Source: Vicugna vicugna (lineage: Eukaryota). Taken from it: a DNA stretch of 64,000 nt. The stretch covers positions 310,001-374,000 of the forward strand of contig MU058714.1 of the NCBI GenBank assembly GCA_013265495.1. Direction: 5' to 3'. Shown piece after piece: positions 56,126 to 64,000 of the stretch. The notes under the pieces are model-generated. The model searched no databases. It was not told the origin of the DNA and was given only the letters and a program-made list of their open reading frames with translations. How positions within the stretch are numbered: the first letter of the stretch is position 1; each line of letters begins with the position of its first letter. Both the position numbers and the translations under genes were made by a program.

Positions 56126-58344
56126 GCCTAAATGCCTCCGAAGCTTGAAGTGGGGAAATGAAAACCCTGATGCACGGCCCCCTCCTTCGGAGGGTATTTA
56201 GCAAAAAAATTTTTCGCTTTTCCACCGCATTTTTACGCCTGTCTTTATGTCTGGTGGTGAAAACACTTGTTCTAAACAAAAGTATTGCTTATGCTGTGTC
56301 TGAGTTTGCCCACGTCGGGGATTCCTGCAGAGCCCATAGCAAAGGTGGAACTCGATCCAGAAGGAAACGAGAGGCATAGAACAACCTAAGAACAATCAGA
56401 CCAAGCCCCGTTCTTGTCGGCAGCAAACTCCGTCCCGCAGAGGGTGAGGGCGTGGGGAAGAAACCCCTGACTTGGGGGTGGGATGTGTGCCTCACCCCTT
56501 CCTGGCGCACCGCACCCCTGCCAGATGTTCAAGAGAGAGCAGGGTTGCAGTCAGTGTGAACACTGGTCATTGGATGACCTCTCAATTCCCCAACAGTTTG
56601 GAGGCAGGTGGCAGTCTGAGAAATGGGTTTGTAGCTCCCGCAGTAACGCAGAGCTGGGGCCTCGTGGTGGGCGCGGCAGGATGCCTGTATGTGCCGGGAG
56701 AGGCCTGGGGTGGGTGGTAGAGGCGTCATTCCTTCTGAGTCCTGGCCAGTTCTTTCAAAGTGATCAGCCGGTGGCACTGTTTTATAAACCAAGGGAAGGA
56801 GGAACCTCGCTCCCCACCTTTCTTATTGATCAATTTTCACCACCTCCCTTATTTCCTCCACACAACCGCTTTTCTCCTTCAGAGTTAGATAGCTGCTTTT
56901 CTCATGTACACCTCTGGATGTAAACAAAACAAAGTTTCAAAGAACAAGAACCTTCTGCTCTTAATTCCATTGACTGGAGGTCATTCGAATGCGTCTGGCA
57001 GGTTCGCGTGCGCCGCCACTGCAGTAAATAAGGTAACTGCTTCCTATTACTTTAGCCCCATATGGCTGCAATTTGAGTGTCTTTAGAGACAGTGCGTGTG
57101 TTGGGGAGGCGGGCGGGGGGAGTGAAAGTGGAAATCAAATGTTCTCAGATCGCATTTTTATGAAGGAAATTGTCGGTGATTCTCTTCGCAGCCTTCACTC
57201 CACGTCCTAAGTTCCGGGGATAAGCAGCCTTGTTTCTTTGTTTATGGAAAAATAGACTCCCGCCCACCTCGGGACACCTGCTTCCCGAACCCCTGGGTTT
57301 CCTACCCGATTCTTCATTCGTTTTGGTGAACTGGGCACACGCCTGCCACTTCCCTTCCCAACAAAGGGCCTCCAACCTGCTGCCGACGCCTAAGAGCCAG
57401 ACCCAGCCCTTGGCCCACTCTCCCGAAGGTGTCCGGACCCTGTGCTCCCTGCGCCCGTCTCTTTCACCTGGAGGCATCCCCGGGTCCAGGAGCTCTTTTA
57501 GACCACCCCGTGTCCGCTGCCCCGAGACTCAGCTCCCGGGAAGGAGGCTGGAGGCTGGAGGCTGGCGAGGTCAGAGGAGAGGAAAGAGGAGGAACCCGCT
57601 GAGGCTAGGCGCTGGGCTCCTGGGTCGCTGGCCAGACCAGCAAGCCCCAGGGCGTCCTGTAGCTCGAGGGTGAGGCCGGGCCTCTGCTCGTTCATTGGGA
57701 GCGTTTCAACTCCGCGGCTTGGCGGGTGTCGGACCTGCATGGTCTTGGCCTCGGACGCGGGCGGATTTGGAACCCAACCGTTTGCCTCGGGCGCGACAGC
57801 GGGGCCGGCTATAAAGTGAGCGCGGATGGCTCCGAGGTGTGGCCACGTGGGCAGTGGCTGCGTGTGCGGTGGTCGCAACCTGTGGCTTACCTCCGGCCAC
57901 TGTGGAGCCCGGCGGGCGTCCTCTGGCTCTGCCTGCCCCAAGCCTGGGCCAGAGCCCAACGCCTCAGGGACCCTGTTTGCCTGCTAATGGGGGGAAGGGC
58001 GGGGTGACCCAACAGCCTGCAGAGTCCCAAAGACCCGGCCGGGACAGGATGGCCAGAGACTGGAGGTGAGGCTGCGGAGGTTTCTGGCCTGGATTCCAGG
58101 CTCTACTCCTTCTTGGAAGCAAGAAATTCCCACCTCTCCTGTCCCACTTTCTCCTCCCAAGTAGGCTTGCAGACCATCGATATCAGATAAGCACTAGAAC
58201 ATGCTGCAAAGTATAAGGGGCTGACTATGCTACAGTCATTTCCCACAAGCCTACACACACTCCAGAAGCCACATAACCTTTGACTTCAGCTACCTGAAGT
58301 CACAGGTGGAATAGAGACCCCTCAGGGCCAAGCAACATCTATTA

Positions 58345-58520
58345 AGCAATTGTTGTTGGGCACCTACATTATCCCACTTAACAGTCACAACAACTAGGTA
58401 AGATCAATTCTATTATCCCCATTTTATAGATGAGGAAACAAGGCACAATGAAGCCAAGTAACTTGCCCAGGGGCACATAGGAGGGGTTCTGCCTTAAGTA
58501 CAAAGCCCAAGGCTCTCTAA
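58345..58520 (-). mobile_element. MIR SINE
   Basis: tattatccccattttatagatgaggaaacaaggcaca...aagtaacttgccca. Confidence 0.85.
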
Positions 58521-58809
58521 TAGTCTACTGCAGGGGCTTTGGCCCTTATGAACATTGCAGTTTCTCCAGGGCTTACGGAAAGAATACAGGGTAAGAAAGT
58601 GCCAATGGAGCCTCCTGGAACTGGCCATAGAGGAAGATAGTCATCTCGTTGCCAGAATCAGTAACTTGGTCCTGCTAAGCAGATACTGCTTTGGGCCATT
58701 GTTTAAAAAGATGAGACTGGAATAAGAGAGGTAGGGAGGAGTTCTAGGAGCCCAATCGACCCAATTGGAGGCTGGATGTTGGTGGAAGATTATTTGTCCT
58801 TCATCACAG

Positions 58810-59040
58810 AGCACAGTGGCTTTAACTGTGGGCTCTAAGGCCAGTGGTTCAAATCCACTTATTAGCTGTGTGTGTGCAAGTTACTTAACCACTCTATGCT
58901 TCAGCTTGCATAACCATTAGTTAAAAAGAAATACGAACATGCTTACCTCACAGGGTGCATGGACAGATTCAGTGAGATGTCATGTAAGCACCATCACACT
59001 GTCAGGCACAGGCAAATGCTCAATAAATGCTAATTATTAC
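58810..59040 (+). mobile_element. MIR SINE
   Basis: gcaagttacttaaccactct...acctcacaggg...tgtaagcac...tgctcaataaatg. Confidence 0.8.
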
Positions 59041-62000
59041 TGTTATATTTTTCACTTTTAAGTGTTCTGGGACCAGGTCAAGCTAACTGGACCTGGTAGG
59101 TCTGGATTGGGTGACTTTCCCTGTGGAACCCAGCGTCAGCCCGAGCTGTCTCTACTTCCCATGAGGGGTACCCACAAAGAGGGAGCCACTGGGTGCTCAC
59201 CGACCCTCACAGGAGAACTGTGCCCCTCAGACACAATCTAGACTCAACGCTTAGGGCGCCTGCCTCCGGATGCATCCCACCAGGCAGGCTTACCGCCAAA
59301 ACGCAACCGCGGCCCCTGCAGCCCGGAGGCCCGGCTCCCTGCCTGTGCGGTACGGCAGGAGCACGCGCACAGCGCTGAAGCCGGCACGCATGCGCGCACG
59401 CGCGCAGCGAGGTGGACCCCCCAAACCCTCTCGGAGAAGCCCACCTGGTGTTGCCTGCGAAATCCAGCTCCGGGAGCCAGGAGGCACCCTCGGCTGGCAG
59501 GGTGCAATGGAAGATGGCTCCAAGGTGTGTGGGAGACCCGAGCCGCTACACCTCCGTACCTGTCCGGCAGGATGAAATGGATCCGAGACCGGGTGGGTTT
59601 GTGTGTTCGGTTCCAGTCGCCCCTGGAGAAGGGGCTCAGACCCGACGGTCTAAACACAGCAGGGCGTGACTGAGAGAAGTGAGGAGGGTGGCGGGGAGTG
59701 AGGGCTGAGCAGCCTGAGACAAGTGGATGACCTAGGGGTCATGGCCTCTGAGCCCCATCCAAGACAAGGGTCTAATCAGAAGTCCCCTTGGCCCCGAGAT
59801 GCCCAGGGCGTGCGGACTTTGCTGCTGCTTTGGCGTTGGCTCGAGGGATCCACACACTGATTTGAATCTATGATTCAAGATGCCACAGGTGGACAGTTTG
59901 ACCCCCGATTCTGTCGGCACGGAGAGAGCCTTGGCCTTGGACTCACAATGACTTGGCAGGGTCCTTATGTGCCCCCTCGCCTCTTGTGACCCTACCCATC
60001 GGGAAGGTAGGGAGCACGCACCTCCCAAGGGAAGACACCGAGCAAGGCTAGGGGTAGGGCGAGGATCGGTGGCCCCAGAGCCTAAGGGAGGTCACTTGGC
60101 TCCCTGGGCTCCCTAGAACACGATCTCCGCCAGCCTTGGTGGCCGGCTGGTCGCCGCACTGTCCTCTCCATCCCCTCAAGCTCTCTCCCGCCCCAGGGAA
60201 GCTGCAGGGACGCCTCGGACTCAGGTGCTTCACATCCTTTCTCACTTCCTATCCCGCCCTCAAGCGGAAGGAATTGAAGTGACATTTTGCTAGGACTCCA
60301 GGTTCCTCAAGTTAGTTCCAAACTGAAGGTCCCTCAGCCAGTGCCACTTCCTCACAAGGTTGTTCACGCTGAAAAGAGTCAAAGTCCAGTCTCCCCTTTT
60401 AGAGGTCAGAAAAACTGAGTGCAGGGGCCTGCCAGGTCATTCGACGAGGCACAAGTTGGGGTTGGGGGGAAGGAAGGGAGGGAGCACGAGACTGTGGGCT
60501 CCGGAAGAACTTCTGGGGGCCAAGGCGTCGGCCTCCGCGTTCGCCTCCGCGGGGTGGACGGGAAACCCTAGGGGCAGCCGTTTGGGATCTGACGGAGAAA
60601 CCGCGACGGTGCCCAGGAGGGTCTGGCCTTCTTGCTTTTGATGGACCTTGGTGGAACCTCGGCGTCCTCCGCTCTGATCAGTGCCTTTCCTGGTAGCCCC
60701 CGGGACGGAGTTTCCGCTGTGCGCCCCAAGACTTAGTCCCAGGAGGGGGCGCTGTCGGGGGCCCGACCAGGCCAGGCTGGGCGTCGAGGCTGCGCGACCA
60801 GAGCGCGCCAGCTCCGCGCACGCCCAGAAGCCGTGTTGCCGGTTCCGGGGCTGCCGGAAAGCGCGCGGCCAGCAGCAGCTCCGTCCCCGCGCAAGCGCCT
60901 CACTGTCCGGGCGAGACCCAGGTCTCTCCGGCCATCCTCTGACGCCGGGTGGCTCACCCCCGCAAGGGGAGGGCGCCGATGGCCACTCGGGCCGGGACAT
61001 CCTCGCCAGAGTCCGGACGCCTTCTCTCGCTCCAGATGAAAGCCTCAGATCGGCTTCCCCTCCCTTCTCTAGGAAATCAAATTCAGGGAACGCGGTACCG
61101 TATTTACCCGCACAACTTCCTCCCTTGACATTTTGCACTCTTGAAGTTGGGGCAGGAGTAATTATGCAAACATCTGGGGCTGTCCTGCGCCGCTACCCAG
61201 CACCGTTCTTATTCATCTTGAAAGCCGCACTCCCTCATTTACATAATAATGGCTTGTCTAGAATAACACAGCAATCAGAGGCAAAATTAATTTTCTTTTC
61301 TTCAGCTAGTCCTTGAGATCCTGAAAACAGAGGCTTACGGCAAGAAAAACTGATTTTGCTGAGAGTGTAGGGTTCTTGACCAGGACCAGGGAGAGATGAA
61401 GTTTAAAGTAGTGGAAATGTGATGTTCACGCTGAGTTTGTTATTTTTCTAGTTTCACCCTTGGAGTTCAGCTACTTTTTGGCCAAACGGGTGAAGGGCTG
61501 AGCCACCACGAGAGTCCTGGAAGACACTATCTATCACCCCAACCATCGTGAGAGGTTCGGTGGCCCAGGAAACAAGGACAGCATAGACTGTGGCTGGGGG
61601 TATCTGGAAGCCAAAGGTAGCACAGGGTGGGGAGAAGGTAGACCGGCGACCCGATCAAGACTAAGGAAGTATCTGGCCAGTCAGTGCTCTGAGTCTCCTG
61701 TCTGGCCGCTCTAGGGCTCAGTTCCCCACACTTTGGTCAGATCAGGAGGAAGCACTTCCTTGCTCTGGGATAGCTGCGGTGAGGACTGGGGCAGCAGAAG
61801 TCCTTGGATTCAAAGCAGAAAAAGAGTGTGTGGGTGGTGATGAGGGCACTATGTGGAGGAAACATCTTTTATACATTAAAAAATCTTTTTTGATCTTTTT
61901 TTAATATGAAGAGGAGTGGGAGGGAGAAATCCACAAATAAATATGGTAAATGAATTTGGACCAGAATTGTAATCGCGGGGCTACTTTCAGGGCTATTCTG

Positions 62001-64000
62001 GGCTCCAGAGGATTTTTGCAGCAGAATTTGTCCCCTCCAAGGCCACAGTCTCCCCTCCCCCAGTAAACAGTACAGAGTGAGTACACTGCCAAAGAGTGGG
62101 AGAACTACCCGCGGCTTCTCCGCATCCCGTTGCGGACAAGAACTCCCTGTCTTTTCCAAAAAGATGGAAGTTTTATGTTTAAGGAGGTGGCGGCAGCTCA
62201 GGCTTGCCACCAAGAAGCCACCGTCGCGGTCACTTCTTTTAAAATAATTCTTAAGTTCCTTTTAAAATCAGGGCTGCAGGGGAAAGCCGGATTAGGAATT
62301 GCTGAGGGTGGAGCGACCTGCAGAGTGAAGTGGACAAGTAAGAGGGAAAATGGGAGGAGGATTAGCCCCACCGTCGAAGGATTAGCTGTTTCCACGGAAA
62401 GGGAGGAGGCGCCAAGAGACCGCGGGGGCGGTGAGAGTGTCGCGATGTTGGGGCTGCTGCGTTGGGAGAGGGAGCCAGTCCTTCCTGCATCTCCCTCTTC
62501 TTTCCTCTGTGTTCATTGCCCGCTGCCTTTTGGACGGAGTCTCCATTCTGTCTTCTTTACACCTCCCCGGGTGGCCCAGCACAACCCCAGAGGTATTATC
62601 TTCTTCCTGGCGGTGGGTGTGATATCATGACCTCTGGGGCAGGGGGCGCCCTTGGGGAAGGGCACCCCTGGAATATTAGAGTATCTAGATGCCCCCAAGT
62701 CTTTTCCTAGCTAGGAAACGCAGGGAGTTGCGATTCCAGGCCTCCCAGTCACAGCTCCAGGTTTCAACTTCAGTTTCTCTCTTCGGGAGAGTAGGTGGGA
62801 CATCCAATGAACAGTAGAGAAGGGAGCCAGGCGAGAGACTTGCAGGGCATTGCCAGTTCTACTGCTTCCGAAATCTCTTAAATCTGAAGGAGAAGGTCTC
62901 TAGCTGACCTCGTTCTCCCGCCTGGGTGTTCCAGCAGCCCCCGGGGCCGTGGGTCCCAGAACTGTCCTCCCCACTGCCGCCCTCGCCCCAAGCTTAGGGT
63001 AGAGGTCCGACCTCCCGAGCCCCGCGAGCAGCCTCTTGTCCTGAGTGGGACGCCATTCAGCCTGCAAGGTCCGTACCAATGACTTCCTTTGCCCCGGAGC
63101 CGAAGCCAACTCGGGCTCAACTGGCCGGGAACAAAGAGCAGTCCCCGCGGGAAAAGGCGCTGCCCACCCTGCTGGAAGGGCGCCGGGGGCGCGGGGAGCC
63201 AGGCTTCAGGCTCCGAGTTGCCACTGCAGGCCTCAGTGCGAGGCAGCGGGATGGTGAGCTTTTCTCCCAAGAGTCAGAAACTTCAAAGAGCAAATCCCCA
63301 AGTCTGGTTTGGCGAAAAGTTCACCCCTCACTTTTTTCACTAGTCGGGTCCGCGCGGACGTGTCCAGTTGAAATGAAGAGGGTGAGCGCAGTGGGCACGG
63401 GGATCTCAGCGGTCCAGCTGCGCTTTAAAGGCGCTTGGGGCACCCAGAAGGGGGCAGGTGGTGACGCCGCAGCAGCTGCGAGGATTCGAGTCCGAGGGTG
63501 AAGGTGTGCCAGGGGCAATTGTGCGGAGGGGGAAGAAGGTAAGATGGGAATAGAAATGGAGGAGAGGTGGCTTGGGGGAGATGACTTGGAGCCTTAGACA
63601 GAGCCTCCCCGCCCCCACCCTTGATACTCAGAGCCTCTAGGCTTACCCCAGTGCCCGCTCCAGCTGAGACTCTCAGCACTGCCAATCCGGGCCCCCAGCT
63701 CAGAGGAATCCAGGCAAGCACCTTCAGCACTTGCATGGCAAGATCAAGCTCCTCTCTCCTCTGGAATATCAGTATTCCAACCTGCCAGATGGGCAGGTTC
63801 TTTCCCATTTTGTTGCTATGACAGGTACCTGTAATAGACCCACATGGAGAGTACTTTGAATCCCAGGAAACCCACACCCACATACCAGTGGCGTTTTTCC
63901 AAAATGGGGAAAGAGGTCCCAGGCTCAATTTCCTCGAGTAAAGCGGTGCTTCTTCCAGTTTCTGTGGGTTCAGGAACTTCTCTCCAGAGGGAAAAATCCT

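Noticed and set aside
53366..56148. Long ORFs of 190-290 aa in the CBX8 CpG island (similar ones occur at 60437-61316 and 49719-50492)
   Set aside because: Low-complexity Gly/Pro/Arg/Ala translations are expected by chance in GC-rich DNA, with no domain similarity.

Overview
Mammalian genomic DNA, most likely camelid (Camelus/Vicugna) judging by the tRNA-derived SINEs and young L1 ends. It is syntenic with human 17q25.3. Three intact genes were reconstructed exon by exon with canonical GT-AG junctions: ENPP7 (+, CDS 2126-7279, 458 aa), CBX2 (+, CDS 36131-42311, 531 aa) and CBX8 (-, CDS 53557-51222, 399 aa). CBX8 appears to have lost its usual stop codon and gained 22 residues. The main unexpected signal is in the 28 kb between ENPP7 and CBX2. 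A long chain of minus-strand exon-like segments runs from the CBX2 CpG island to the ENPP7 3' end. They have good splice sites, often compatible phases and protein-like translations broken by stops, frameshifts and an L1 insertion. The central exons (about 22335-17921) show Mab-21/cGAS-like nucleotidyltransferase motifs in the expected order. This suggests a decayed unitary pseudogene of an unrecognised large cGAS-like receptor (cGLR) gene lying head-to-head with CBX2. That call is by-eye inference and needs profile searches and synteny to confirm. Comparisons to human proteins are from memory, and repeat boundaries are approximate.
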